Part shown: positions 12,680-26,214 of the stretch, piece after piece | Layout of the letters: every line of letters starts with the position of its first letter | Numbering within the stretch: position 1 is the first letter of the stretch | Origin: Camelus dromedarius | Taxonomy: Eukaryota | Direction: 5' to 3' | NCBI RefSeq assembly: GCF_036321535.1 | Contig: NC_087437.1 | Span: 92,196,001-92,260,000, forward strand | DNA: 64,000 bases | The notes under the pieces: generated by a model | The model's database searches: none | The model's input: only the letters and a program-made list of their open reading frames with translations | Told to the model about the DNA's origin: nothing | Position numbers and translations under genes: made by a program

Positions 12680-12850
12680 GAAGGTGAAGAAAGAGATGCT
12701 GTGGGGAAAGAGAAAGAAAAGGTAGAAAGAGAGAGAAGGAAAGAGAAGAGGGAGACATAAAGACAGGGAGAAGGAGGGAAGGAGAGAAGAATGAAGGATG
12801 GAAGGAGAGAGGGAGACAGAAAGTGAGAAAGATGGAGACAGTTTATGGGG
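12680..12850. repeat. GA-rich low-complexity polypurine tract
   Basis: About 170 bp composed almost entirely of G and A. Confidence 0.85.
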
Positions 12851-13449
12851 AAGATTGATAGTGATGAAGGATTAGAATAAAGTTGACATGAAAATTCTGA
12901 TGTGGAGGGAGCTATGTTATCTGATATATAGATCTTTCCAGTTTAATTTTAAATGATACAATGCTGCTTACTATTTTCTTGACTCAGATTTCCCAAGGTA
13001 CATCATTCTAATGGGCAGTTAGCAGCAGGCTTACTGAGACAAGTAAGAAATTAATGAAAGAATAGCTGCCTTCACATTTATGACTATCAAAAACATTGGT
13101 TTTAATGAACATTTGCTCATAGGAGAACAGAACTCTTTTGATGATATTAGTGGTTATTCAGTTTTTCTAGATCTGTACATGGTATAAGTCTGCCAAATAT
13201 TGTGAAGTATTTAATGTATTGATTTAAAAATGGGTTTCAATTGTGATGTGATTCTGATTTTTTATTTTTTTTAAACTATAAGTTTAAGTAGCAGAACACC
13301 CTCAATATCTAATGTGAAATTCCTACATTTATTTTCACAACTTTTAAAAAGTTTTGAGCTTTCTAATATTGTGTGTCATGATGATTATACTTATACACAA
13401 TTTTATTTATATGAATTAATGGCAAAGATCAAATTAATAAAAACAAGAT

Positions 13450-13672
13450 CAGGAGTAGGCAAACTTTTTCTATAAAGAGCCAGAGAGTAAATACTTTAAG
13501 CTTTGCACATCATAAGGTCCTTGTCACAAGCATTCAACTCCATGCCTGTAATGCAAAAGTAGCCACGGGCAATACCACAACAAATGGGTCTGTCTGTGTT
13601 TCATTAGAAGTTTGTTTACAAAAACAGGAGGCATATTGGATTTAGCCCACAGGCCTTAGTCTGACAACCTCT
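13450..13672 (+). mobile_element. MER58A-like hAT-Charlie MITE
   Basis: Degenerate TIRs caggagtaggcaaact...agtctgacaacctct; body ttttctataaagagccagagagtaaatactttaagctttgc...tttacaaaaacaggaggc; about 220 bp. Confidence 0.88.
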
Positions 13673-14082
13673 TTGCCAACTACCTGTAAAATTTTATGAA
13701 AATTTTACATATCTGTAAATGCACATATTCATTTGCTTTTCATATTATTTCTCATTGAGAGATGCTAGAGATTACTCTTTGGATATCAGGTGATAAAGAG
13801 AAAGAAATAAACAAAAGTGGACAGTCTTGACCTACTAAAAAAGGAAAAAAGTTTGAAGCATGCAAAAACTGATCAGTTTTCTTCATTAACTCAAACTATT
13901 AGTGTTCCTGACATTTTATTTGAATGTTTTCATATAACAAATGTTTTTCATTCATTACTCCGCAGTACATACACATTTTTCATGTTTTAATACTTTTTAA
14001 GATATTACGTTGATAAAGTATTTCATACTTTCTTTGAAATTTGATTGATTTCCTGTAATAAAGGAGGTAACTCTATATTTGA

Positions 14083-14455
14083 TGTTCGACCATAGGTAGG
14101 CTCCCCGGTTCCCTCTCTGCTTCTGATGCAGCTGCCACTACATCACTTTGTGACTTACAAGAAAGACCAGTCACTGCCTCTCTTGGGTGCCCTCTGCCCC
14201 TGCAGGCTGGAGGGAATTTCAGACAGCACAGCTTCTAGCACACTGGAGAGTAACCATCCCAGTTCCATCCCCTCCCCACAATCAAAGCCTGAAGCTACTC
14301 CTCTCCCCTTTTGTTTCAGACTCCTGTGTGAGTTTCCCCCTCCTGGCAACCCTCAACTTGATGTGCACGCAAAAGACACTTTATTTACAGTTACTGGTGA
14401 GTGATTCATATCATCTGTCTTTATATCTAAATAAATTACTGGATAGGTGACCATG
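14083..14455 (+). mobile_element. Probable old LTR (family uncertain)
   Basis: A GC-richer block that starts with TG and has ttactggtgagtgattcatatc...aataaa near its end, which is an LTR-like layout. Confidence 0.45.
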
Positions 14456-14559
14456 CCAGCCCCTGAGATGATTTATCAATTATTCCCTTATATCAAAAGA
14501 TCTCCTTATTTCAAACTATCATTGCAAATGATATTCCATCTTTCTGTGACACTTTTGTA

Positions 14560-14840
14560 TCAGAGACTCAAGTATCTTCTACATCTTACTGCAGGTCTCT
14601 GCTCAATCATCCCCTTATTAGAGACATTCCTGGCCAACTTCTATAAAATAGTAACTCCCCAAAGAGTTCTCTTTCCCCTTACTCTTCTTTCTTTTTGACC
14701 AGAGCATATACCATCTTCTAATATATATCCTATGTTTATTTGTTTTTTTATCCTTTTTAGTATACACTTCATAATGGCATTCTCAGTTTTGTTTGTCGTT
14801 AAAACTCCAGCACCTAGAATGTAGTACATGACAAATGTTA
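14560..14840 (+). mobile_element. L2 3' fragment
   Basis: ctctgctcaatcatccccttattagagacattcctggcc...actccagcacctagaatgtag. Confidence 0.65.
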
Positions 14841-15307
14841 ATATGTCCTTTGTAAGTTAGTAATTCTCTATATGAGAGTGTTGAGGCTGTATTTCATTTT
14901 TGTTATATATCTCTCCAATCTCCCTATGGTATTCTAACATTATTCTGCATATTTAAAAAATAAATGTAAACAATGAAACATGAGATAGCTTTTAGATTTA
15001 TGAGATATTAAATTTAACAATTTCCATCAATACTGCATCTATGTCTTCCCTGCTTGGTGATGCAGTCAATTTCTTTTTAAATGTTGTTTCCATAAATTAT
15101 TTTCTTATCATATATATTTTTTAGACATAATAAAACTCAACTACTCCCAGTCTACCTTGTTGGCTCCAATACTCTGTTTCATCTTCATATTTAAAATTAA
15201 ATAGCTTATTATTTTTGTTTCTGAATGATGTTGAAGCAAAGTACTGTTAGTAATAGAAACAATTCCTAGGCTCTTTCCACTCATTGACAATTTATAATAC
15301 AATTCAA

Positions 15308-15850
15308 CTGTATTTAATGAAATCAAAGATGCTATCAGTTGCAAAATATATCATTATACATACTACTAAAAAAGAAAAAAATGTTCTACCAATTAAAACA
15401 TGACATAATGTTTTTTTAGAAAGTAATTATTAAAAAAAGAAAGTAATTATAAATAATTATAATATTTGTCAAGAGACCTATTTTATTTATATATACCTAC
15501 ATTTAGACATAGATATAAATATTATTAATAAAGAAGTATTGCAAATAAATTGGATAAACTATCCCTAAAACATCTTTTGAATCTAATTCTTCCAAATCAT
15601 TTTTCTACTCAGAGTCATCAAATTTATATTTCTTCAGAAGTTATTCCCCATGCATCAAGATGCAGAATTTCAACAATTTTTTTTTTATTATTATCAACTG
15701 GAATTTTTTTTCAAGCTGTAATTCTCCCGCAAATTTTAGAAGATCATACTTTACTTGTCAGGTCAGAAATTTTCATCAGAATATATTTAGACAACAATCA
15801 GGGTTCGTGTTACTTCCTCACATAGTGCTTAAATTATCTGCTGACTGAAA
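15308..15850. mobile_element. Kanga-like (TcMar-Tc2) DNA transposon fragment
   Basis: ctgtatttaatgaaatcaaagatgctatcagttgcaaaatatatcattat...actaaaaaagaaaaaaatgttctaccaattaaaacatgaca resembles a Kanga terminus. The right boundary is uncertain. Confidence 0.55.
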
Positions 15851-16744
15851 CTATAAGGGTTTGTATTTATCCATTTGTGAAAGTACTCCAGTTTATGCAA
15901 TTACAAGCAACAGCAATTACAAAATGGTTGCCCCCGGACAAGAACAAGGGGAATTCAGAGATGTTAATATGCGAGGTCTTTGAACGGACCACATATGTCA
16001 TACCACAAGTCATTAATTCTAAGAACCCAAAAGATTATATGTTAAAACCCAAGTTGATGAGGGAATTATGGTCTGCCCAAATTAATTTGGCTGGTAAGTA
16101 ACTGACCTAGGAATAATTTTAAATCCCTTCTTCCTATCCTGATAATTTGGAATACATTATGATATACTTAAATTATTAGAGTTATAATTATTGTGCAAGG
16201 ATTTGTTTGTATTTCAATTTTATTTTCATGTTAGAATTGTAAAAATATTCAGTACCAATGATCTCTTTGCATATCTCTTTGAAATTCTCCTTTACCTACT
16301 GTTTTAAGCCTTTTAAAATCACTGGTAGAGTATGAAATATAAATTTAACTTTTGTTCATTGTTTATGTTTTAAATCTCAGTCCAAAGATAATTTGACTTG
16401 GAAAGATGGAAAGCCCTTATTTATTATTAATCTAGATGTTTGATTTAGTGTCAAAACACAGTCTTAATCAAGCTAATCAACCTTTGTTAAGATTGTTACT
16501 TAAGCAGGGATAACTTTGTAAACCTTCATTTAATGATAAAGTGAAACAACTTTACAAATAGAAAGGATCTTCCAGATATATGATCTCTAGGATAATTTAC
16601 CATACTTTGAGTGAAGAATCTGAACTAGCAGGTAAATAACTCTGACTGTCACACTACTGGTTAGTGTCTGCATCCAAACAAAATTCAAGTCCTTGACACA
16701 AAATTTCCTCGTTCTTTCTTCTTTCTTAATATTTTATGAAGGAT

Positions 16745-16875
16745 GGATTATATTTGTGGATTTTTATTTCCATGAGTGAAAGTATTTTGTATTATTCCTC
16801 TGTATATCCCTATGCCTAGTACAATGTACTGCTAAGCAATAGGCACTCCTTAGATTGCTAGATGAATGAATATCT
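16745..16875 (+). mobile_element. L2 3' terminus
   Basis: ctctgtatatccctatgcctagtacaatgtactgctaagcaataggcactc...gatgaatgaat. Confidence 0.7.
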
Positions 16876-16929
16876 TGACCATCTGACCCCAAGCAAGAGT
16901 TTAAATGGGATAAATACTTCAGAAATATA

Positions 16930-19375
16930 AACACCATATGATCATCTTAAAAGATGCAGAAAAAGCTTTTGATAAAATTCAACATCTATTTATAATAAAA
17001 ACTCTCCAGAAAGTGGGTATAGAGGGAACATACCTCAACATAATAAAGGCCATATATGACAAACCCATAGCTAACGTCATACTTAATGGTGAAAAGTTAA
17101 AAGCATTCCCTTTAAGATCAGAAACAAGACAAGGATGCCCACTCTCATGTCTTTTATTCAACATAGTTTTGGAAGTCCTAGCCATACAATCAGAGAAGAC
17201 AAAGAAAAAAAGAAATCCAAATTGGAAAAGAAGAAATAAATTTGTCACTGTTTGCATATGACATGATACTATATATAGAAAATCCTAAAAGACTACCAGA
17301 AAACTATTAGAGCTCATCAATGAATTTGGTAAAGTTGCAGGATACAAAATTAATATAGAGAAATCAGTTGCATTTCTATACACTAACAATTGAAACAGTA
17401 AAAAAAAGAAATTAAGGAAACAAACCCATTTACCATTGCATCAAAAAGAGTGAAGTACTAGGAATAAACCTACCTAGAGAGGAAAAGGATCTATACTCTG
17501 AAAACTATAAAACATTTATGAAAGAAACTGAAGGCAACACAAACAGATTGAAAGATATACTATGTTCTTGCACTGCAAAAATCAATATTGCTTAAATGGC
17601 CATATTACTCAAGGCAACATACAAATTCAATGCAATCTCTATCAAATTACCAATGACATTTTTCACAGAGCTAGAACAAAAAAAAAAAAGTTAAAATTTG
17701 TATGGAAACACAAAAGACCCCAAATGGCTAAAAGAATCTTGAGAAAGAAGAATGGAGCTGGGGGAATCACACACCTGGCTTCAAACCATACTACAAAGCT
17801 ACAGTAATCAAAACAGTATGGTACTGGCACAAAAACAGACACATAGATCAATGGAACAGGATAGAGGGTCCAGAAATAAACCCACACACTTATAGTCAAT
17901 TAATCTATGACAAAGGAGGCAAGAATATACAATAGAGAAAAGACAGTCTCTTCAATAGGTGGTACTGGAAAAACTGGACAGCTACCTGTAAAAGAATGAA
18001 ATTAGAACATTATTTAACACCATATACAAAAATAAATTCAAAATGGATTAAAAACCTAAATGTAAGACCAGATACTATAAAACTCCTAGAGGAAAATATC
18101 GGCAGGACACGCTTTGACATCAATTACAGCAATATTTTTTTTTGAACAAGCTCCTAGAGTAATGGAAATAAAAGCAAAAACAAATAGGATCTAACTGATC
18201 TTGAAAGATTTTGCACAGCTAAGGATACCATCAACAAAACAAAAAGGAAACCTACAGAATGGAAGAAAATATTTGCAAATGATGCAACCGACAAAGGACT
18301 AATTTAAAAAATATACAAACAGCTCATATAGCTTAATATCAAAAAATAAGCAACCCAATCAAAAAGTAAGCAGAAGACCTAAATAAACATCTCTCCAAAG
18401 AAGGTATCTAGATGGCCAACAGGCACATGAAAGGATGCTCGACATTGCTAATTATTTGAGAAATGTAAATCAAAACTACAGTGAGGTGTCACCTCACACC
18501 AGTCAGAATGGCCATCATTCAAAAGTCTCAAGTAATAAATGCTGGAAAGGGTGTGGAGAAAAGGGAACTCTCCTACACTGTTGGTGGGAATGTAAATTGT
18601 TGCAGCTACTGTGAAGAACAGTATGGATGTTTCTTAGAAAACGAAAAATAGACTTACCCTATGATCCAGCAATCCCACTCTGCTCTTAGAAAACTAAAAA
18701 TAGACTTACCCTATGATCCAGCAATCCCACTCTGAGCATATATCTGGAGAAAGCTGTAACCTGAAAAGACACCTACACCCCAATGTTCACAGCAGCACTA
18801 TTTACAATGGCCAAGACATGGAAACAACCTAAGTAGCCATCAACAGATGAATGGATAAAGAAGCTGTGGTATGTAGATGTGTGTGTGTGGATGGAATACT
18901 ACTGTCATAAAAACAATAAAATAATGCCATTTGCAGCAAGATGGATGGACCTGGAGATCATCATTCTGAGTGAAGTAAGTGAGAAAGAGAAAGAAAAACA
19001 CCATATGATATAGCTTATATGCGGAATCTAAAAAAAGACAGAAATGAACTTATTGACAAAACAGAAATAGACTCACAGACACAGAGAAAAAACTTACAGT
19101 TACCAGAATGTAAAGAGGGTGGGAAGGGATAAACTGGGAGTTCAAAGTTTGCAGATACTAAGTACTATACATAAGCTCGATAAACAACAAGTTTATACTG
19201 TATAGCACAGAGAATTATATTCAACATCTTGTAGCAACCTATAATGAAAAAGAATATGAAAACTAGTCTATGTACGTATATATATAACTGAAGTATTGTG
19301 CTGTACACTAGAAATTGACACAACATTGCAAACGGACTATATTTCCATAAAACTTTTGTTTTGAGGTTAAAAAAA
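16930..19375 (+). mobile_element. 5'-truncated LINE-1 (about 2.4 kb; ORF2 RT domain to 3'UTR), inactive
   Basis: ORF 16938-17261 [16 protein letters not shown]...[19 protein letters not shown] is the L1 RT. The catalytic FADD motif reads FAYD (tttgcatatgac, 17251-17262). Multiple frameshifts and stops, followed by a complete 3'UTR. Confidence 0.97.
18632..18734 (+). repeat. 52-bp tandem duplication inside L1
   Basis: tcttagaaaac(g/t)aaaaatagacttaccctatgatccagcaatcccactctg occurs at 18632 and again at 18684. Confidence 0.95.
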
Positions 19376-20049
19376 TCAACAAATTTTGCTTAGAACAGAA
19401 TAGCATTTTTATATTTTTAAACATAGATTTTAGGGTTTTTTTTTTTGTCATTGCCTAACTGTAATAAGAATCAAACCAGTTAGATATGTTATATATGTAG
19501 TATATCTATCTACTTATCTTTCTACATAGTATATATGTGTATATACATACACATACACAAACACAATGTGCTAGAAGAGACGAAAGAATGTTTCTTAGAA
19601 TCTGCAAGTTCCTACACAATCTTCCAGATGCCCTAGAGTATAGTGAAACAACCGAGAGGATGGAGTCTGGGACTTATATATAAGATATACAAGATAAATA
19701 AATAGATAGATAGGTAGATAGCTATAGATAGATATGTTATCTGTATATATGTAAGTTATATAACATAATTATATATATAAAATACATGTATACATAAAAT
19801 TAGGTTGACTAATACTATTGTTAGGTAATTTTAAAAAATAAACTCCATTAAAAAAGATAAATGTACTATTCTGATTTTTGAGGGTATGGCTTTAGTGGTT
19901 GAAGTGGCTAATCTAGACTGATAGATCAAATATATATACACACATACAGCACTGGTTGTTTCTTTATGCTGTTATTGGCTCATGGATGTGAGCATTGTGA
20001 ATGATACATATTTTACTAAAAAGCAAGTAAAAAAAATTTTTTTATATGT

Positions 20050-20180
20050 GGGGAAGGATATAGCTTAGTGATAGAGTAACTGCTTAACATGCACAAGGTC
20101 TTGGGTTCAATCTCCAGTTCCTCCATAAAAAATATATATAAATAAATAAAACTAATTACCTCCCCACCAAAAAATTAAAA
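20050..20180 (+). mobile_element. tRNA-derived camelid SINE (Vic-1-like)
   Basis: A box tagcttagtga and B box ggttcaatctcc, followed by an A-rich spacer, ctaattacctcccc and an A tail. Homologous to 55799-55943. Confidence 0.9.
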
Positions 20181-20981
20181 AGTGATTATTTTTTATGAAA
20201 TAATATTGAACCAAGACCATGCTTTAATTTTGTGAACTGTGTTTATACACTATCCAACTTCCAAAGTTATTGTCAATGTGTTTAGCTCTTATCAGTTAAG
20301 GAAATACATCTCATAGTGCAAGTATATATTTAATGTTTTTCTGCAATACAGAATTAAAACTGCAGTGCCTTTCCATCAGACTATAAGCAGTTCAGTAATC
20401 AAGGATTAATTTAGTAAGTTCATTTTTCTGTTACACTCTTTTCAACATAAAGTTACTGCATTAGTATTTCCATAGCTCTGAGGTCAAATTAAGTTTAGAA
20501 AAGTAACTAAAAGAGACACCTTGAACTAAGCGTAATGGAGGTTGACTTTAAGACTCCCTCGGTCAAGCTTAAAATTGGTCACTTATTTAATCATATTCAA
20601 AGGAAAAGATAACAGTATTTTATTAACAAAAATCTAAGGCATTAACATTTAAAAAATTTACAGCAGAGGCAGACATTCATGGAAAAAATTCACTCTTTAA
20701 CCTTTTTAACACTTCTTACTCAGTCTATTAACTTGTTTCCCTAAGTTCTATGGTGAAATATTTTTGAAAATATTCTTTTCATAAATTTTAAAGCAGTATT
20801 GATGTGATCTGCTATTTTAGTCTGATTATTCATGTCAAGCTATTAGGTAAGTAGCATTATCTTAACCATGCATTTGTTAGGAGAGTTGGACATAAAATAA
20901 TTTCTTGGTTGTTCGAAAAGTATGGTGAGGAATAATGAAAGAAAAAGAGAATTCAGTGCACCCTGTAGATGTTGCTATAGA

Positions 20982-21210
20982 GAAGGAGTAGAAAAACTAT
21001 CACTTGCCAGCCCAATCTGGACTTCTGCCTGTTTTACTCAAGTAAATTTTATTGGAACACTGCCACACCAATTCCATTTTGATATCTGTTTATACCTGCT
21101 TTCACACTACAATGACAGAAATTAATAAGTAAGACAGACAGTGTAAGTGGCCCACAAAGACTGAAATGTTTACGATCTGTTCTTTATGGAAGTATTTTAC
21201 CAAGCCCATG
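20982..21210 (-). mobile_element. MER58-like hAT-Charlie MITE
   Basis: ctgcctgtttt...aaattttattggaacactgccacacc...tggcccacaaagactgaaatgtttacgatctgttcttta; reverse-complement similarity to 13450-13672. Confidence 0.8.
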
Positions 21211-21269
21211 GTACAAACCTGGAAAGGGATCTGAAGATTATCCCTTTTTTTGGACTTAAACTGCCTGTT

Positions 21270-21520
21270 TCAAAGTATGGCCATTGCATTCTTACTGTAA
21301 CACAGCCCTTGGCTGCCCTCTGTTGAAGTTATTTCAGACTGCTCTTTCTCCAGTTATCTGAGTAGCTCACTTACTCTCCTAATTCAAATCTCTGCACAAA
21401 AATTCCCCCACTGAGAACTTCCTTAAAGACTGTACTTAAAATATCGTCCACACACTTGTCCCATTACTCTAGTCATTTTAATGGGCTTTATTTTTCTTTA
21501 CAGCAATTGTCACCATGTTT
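21270..21520 (+). mobile_element. L2 fragment (continues at about 21910-22065)
   Basis: ttcaaatctctgcacaaaaattcccccactgagaacttccttaaagac...tttattttctttacagcaattgtcacc. Confidence 0.6.
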
Positions 21521-21554
21521 ATAAGACAATATGAGATGGTCACCATATCTATTT

Positions 21555-21900
21555 TTTTGTTCCCAAGGGTATGAAGATCATATTTCCCAGTCTTTCTTGC
21601 ACTTAATGAATCATTGAGCTCTGGTCAATGAAATATAGCTGAAGGGATATTTGGTTTCTCGAATCAAAAGTTTCTTCACCATTCTCAAGATGCCTGCTCT
21701 TTTTAATGTCTACCAGGCAAACAAGTAGCCTATGTGAATGGTGGAGCCACACAGTTAAAGAGCTTGGGACACTAAACGATTGTTGACAGCAAAGACCCCA
21801 TCTCACCCTGTCTACCACTGACCAGTATTATTTGTACACAACTGAAAAATAAACTATTTTCAAGCTCCGGGATGTTTAACTTGTTTGTGTCAATTGACAA
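21555..21900 (+). mobile_element. MaLR LTR (MLT1J-like) inserted in L2
   Basis: tttcccagtctttcttgca...tgagctctggtcaatgaaatatagctgaag...ggtggagccacacagttaaagagcttgggacactaaa...gaaaaataaact. Confidence 0.65.
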
Positions 21901-21909
21901 CTTTCCCTA

Positions 21910-22065
21910 ATGCTTACCATCTGAAATAGTATGTGTTTATTACTTCACTGCTCCTATAAAGTAGAATGCATGCTTCATGAGACCATGATATATTTTTATT
22001 CACTACGTGGCATGCAACAGGTGCTCAGTAAGTTTATTTAATTTGTGGAACAAATGATTGAATGA
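21910..22065 (+). mobile_element. L2 3' terminus
   Basis: tagaatgcatgcttcatgagacc...tggcatgcaacaggtgctcagtaagtttatt...tgattgaatga. Confidence 0.7.
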
Positions 22066-22212
22066 CCGCATGTAGGAGGCTAAATATCTGAATCACTCTG
22101 AGGATCTGTTTTAAATACATAAGGAAAATTGCAAAGATCTTACTTGAAAGAATTCCTCCCTTTCGATCATTGTTATAACAAGAAAGTGTTCCCACTGATA
22201 ATGAAGGCAATG

Positions 22213-22470
22213 CTAATAATAGTAACGGTACGTGTTTACTGAGTACTTTACCATACACCAGATAGTTTCTAAGTCCTTTCATACTATATCTTATTTAATC
22301 TTCACAATACAAGGCAATGTAGGCATCTAAGTAGCTCCTTTTACAGATAAGTGTTCTGAGCCACAGAGTAGCCACCAGGTTACTCTGTCTTAGGTCACAC
22401 AGTTAATAAGTGGTGAGGCTAGGATTTTAACTCAGGCAGTCTGGGTCTAATGTATTCTCAACTGATGTAC
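22213..22470 (-). mobile_element. MIR (near full length)
   Basis: tttactgagtactttaccatacaccag...tatcttatttaatcttcacaa...ttttacagataag...aggtcacacagttaataagtggtgaggctaggattttaactcaggcagtctgg. Confidence 0.9.
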
Positions 22471-24084
22471 TCTAATGATGAGAATTTATCAGGTAAGATG
22501 GGGAAAACATAGAATATTACAATTGCTATAAATTATACTATCCAAAAATATGAGGGAGATGTAGAGGCATTCTTTATTTTAATTTTCATTAATTTTTTTA
22601 AACTAAACTTAACAAATGGAAGCTTTTTTAATGTTTAGTTACAATATCATAATTTTGTTAAAGTGGAAAAATTACCTACACTCTAATTGTAAACTTAGAC
22701 AAAGCATCAATGAATTCAGATTTCTTTGAGACTATGTCCATCTTCAAAAGGTTTTATCAAAGATAACTAGCCACGTTCAAGTCTTGTCTGGATGCACTGC
22801 CTTTGCACTTCTCTCTTCTGCTCTACTGACTAATACTTAATTTATTCGTCCTCTGAATTCCTGACTGTCTTTTTTCCTATCTGGTCAAGAGTCCATACAT
22901 TTCACTCAGTGGTCTCCTTATTCTGGTTTAGGGCTCTTCAAGTCTGCAGATATTCTCCATGCATCTCTCAGACTCTACTGGAAACACTGGGGAATTCTGG
23001 AACACTCTCATGTAACTATGGGTCTGCAGTAAATTCAGAAGGGTGACCATGCCAAAATCCTATCTAGCTGATTGTTATTGAATTGTGCCAGTTGTAAGGG
23101 GATTCTAGAAACTAGCTGATTTTCTCAGTCTCAACTGGGAAACAATGCTCAGGATTTCTCTTCCCAGAAACAAAAATTTAATTGAGGATTTTACCCATCC
23201 TTTGGAGTTTTGACCTCACCGTGAGTAAGAAAATATTCCCAGAGCATCTCCGAGGGGAACTTCATCAGCATCTAATTATGTCTGATTCTTGTCCTCTGCT
23301 TTCACCGTGTAGAATCTGATTTCCTCTGTGGAAGGAAAAACTTGCCTTTTACTTAGACATTTTGAAGGTCAAAATCCAATATTCTCTCTTTTTTTTCTCT
23401 GCAAAGTATGATGTAACAACCATACTTTGAGAGCAGCAAGTATAGAACACTCTCTCCCCTCATCTTCCTAAATGGGAAAGGGGGTCTGTTATTAGAACAT
23501 TTCTGAGACAAAAGGAAATATTAATGTTTTAAAATAGTATCAAACCACAGAACAAAAAGTCTATAGCATTCATCCAACCGATATGAAAATTTCATCAGTT
23601 AGAATACAATTGGGATTAATCTTAGTTGGAATTCTGTTCAGGATTTTGATAGCACATAATAGCATTCATAAGCTTTTTGCTTATATATATTATGACAAAG
23701 GACATTGTGAATATGAAACAGAAATCAAGGGGAACAAACGTTTCCAGAGCTATCAGGCCCTCAACTAAGCACTTTTATATAGTAAATCATCTACCTCTTA
23801 CTGCAAACCACACTTTGCAGTAGATTCTCTCCTCGTTATTACATGTAAGAATATAGTAAAAGATGGATTTGGGATTCCAATCAGGCCTGCCTGAAAGTTA
23901 ACACTGAGCTTGTGCTGCCTTCAAATAATCAAGTAAAAATGGATCAAAAATGGCATATTTTGTCCAATGTAATTTCTTAAAAATATAAAGGGACATTCCA
24001 TGTCAGGTCTAAGGAGAGCAAACAAAAAACAATAATTTTATTTTGGAGAAATATATTGAAATTGCTCATGAATTTAAAAGGAAG

Positions 24085-24300
24085 TTGAGTATTGAGGTTA
24101 AGAACCTTGGCCCAACAGGTCTGAATCCTTACTTTACAACACACCAGTTGTGTGGCCTTGGGAAATAACTTATGCTTTCAAATGGACTCTCCTTTCCAAT
24201 ACCCGGGTGTAATACTTTTGAAATACACACATGAGATACTGAGTATAAGTTCTTAAGAAGTTTTCTATTACATAGCAAGCACTCTTGCAATGTTAATTAA
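24085..24300 (+). mobile_element. MIR
   Basis: ggttaagaaccttgg...aggtctgaatcct...ccagttgtgtggccttgggaaataactt...acatagcaagcactc. Confidence 0.7.
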
Positions 24301-26214
24301 TGACATTATTAACTCAAAAAGTTAATTCATCCTGCTTTACCAGCACTGTAATTTCTTACTCTATCCAGTGATACTTCCAACCCCTTAGTACCTCTAACAG
24401 GCAGATGGTTCATCTCTAGGTGGTGGTAACCATGACAAGTGACATGGTGAGTCTGAACAATGACATCATCCCATTTCCTGCATTTCTTCAGGGCTCTCCT
24501 CTCATTCTGAGTCAACTTCAGCAGATTAAATATTCAGCTCTCTGACCTTTATGGCCAATATTTTGCATTTTGTTTACAGTGTTATTTTTTCCCTTCAGAA
24601 TATTTGCTAGACACTTGTTTACTGGATGAAAGCATAATGGCACCTACTCAGTTCAGTATGTTTCTCCCTCTCTCCAGGACACTTGCTTGGCACTTGATCC
24701 AATTTCTGCAACATACAGGAAATTTCCATAATAATTTTTTTTTAAATTTTAAAGTAAAATTTAAAAAGTGTATAATTTTAAAAGGCAGTGACTTTCAACC
24801 ACCCTTAACGAAGTGGAATCTCTTTTTCTCCAGATACTTCCATTAGATAAAAGCAGCGCTGCTGTGGCTGAAATAGAAGGCCAGGGCTGTAGCCTGGCCA
24901 ATCTTTCCCTGTCCACCCTGCCTGGCAGCTGAGGCATTCTGAGTTGCCCAAGAGACACAGCTTAAAAACTACTGCTCTAAGTCTTCTCTTGCCTTTCCTA
25001 CAGGCCTTCTGTTATCTGTTCCTTCAGTTTCCTTTATTTTATCACAAAGGACAAGAACTCTTAAGGTGCTTCTGGCCAATTCAAATGTAAAGGGACTGAG
25101 CCGTAAAAATGCTTATCTTATGCATTGACTAAAATCTATTCTTCAGTTTAAATTATCATCATTAATTATATTTCCATATGTATATGTATCTTACTTTTTT
25201 CATAGGCTAGGTAATTCTACTTTGCATGGACAAATTTAAAACTTTGAACATTTTTCCTCCATTGGTCATTATTCTCTAATTTTTTAAGCATGTATTTGTC
25301 TGGAGGAAATTTGTAAATCATCTCAGTCTAACCATCTTTGCCAGTGTGCAGAAAAGTGATGTTTTCCCAAGATTGGAAACGATTGTTCCCTCCATCCCGA
25401 GGTGGTATTCATAAGAAATAACAAAATCCCCAACAACATGATGATTCACTAGTTATTTTCATATGCAGTGAAGAGGAAATGCTAACAGAGTTTTCTGAAA
25501 CCTGCATTCAAACACAGTTCTGAAATTCAAGCATGGGGCTTTACACAGCCTGACAAAACGACATCATGGTAAGGAGAACAGATGTTCTCATAACCCTTTA
25601 CCATTCATACATGCTCTGTTTACACTGTCCAATTTTACCTTGACAATAACCCCTTGATATAGATCAGATACACATTAATATTTCAATCTGAGGGATAATG
25701 AAATTGAAGTCCAGACAGTTTAAGTGGCATACTTAAAACCATTTACCTGCAGAGGGATAACACCTAGGTTAACTGAATCTAGCATCCTTGTTCTTTTCAC
25801 TAGAGCATCCTGCCAATTCTGTTTCACATATTCAGGTAAAAAGAGGTGAGCTGCCAAGTCACCAAAGGTGAAGGTGATTAAGTGTAATGTTGAGTAGTCC
25901 ATTTAAGGAAAAGACATTTTCTTACTTTAAAAAAAAAATAAGACTAGATGATTAATTGAAACTAAGAAGAATGAGCATAAGGATAGAAAGCTGACTTCAT
26001 TAATATATGAGACAATTTTTTTAAACAAAGGCTTTTACCAGAAGTTTGCACAGAAAGCCCTATGTCTATTTAGGTTTGCTTTTTTTAAGTTAAAGCAGCA
26101 ATGAAATAGCTGTCTTATTAATTTCATTTCTCCCGTATTTATTTACATCCTACTCTAAGCCAAGTAGTAAGCTAGAGGCTTTGGTTAAAGATGAATAAAG
26201 CGAGGCCCTTGGTG

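Noticed and set aside
16938..17261. Reverse-transcriptase ORF as an active or novel RT system
   Set aside because: It is an ordinary L1 ORF2 fragment: 5'-truncated, frameshifted, and with the catalytic FADD mutated to FAYD.
18632..18734. CRISPR-like or functional repeat array (also 48028-48057 and 63803-63939)
   Set aside because: Each has only two adjacent copies with no unique spacers, and the context is mammalian.
19485..19800. TA/CA/GATA-rich patches as a structured element
   Set aside because: These are degenerate simple repeats with no higher-order organisation.
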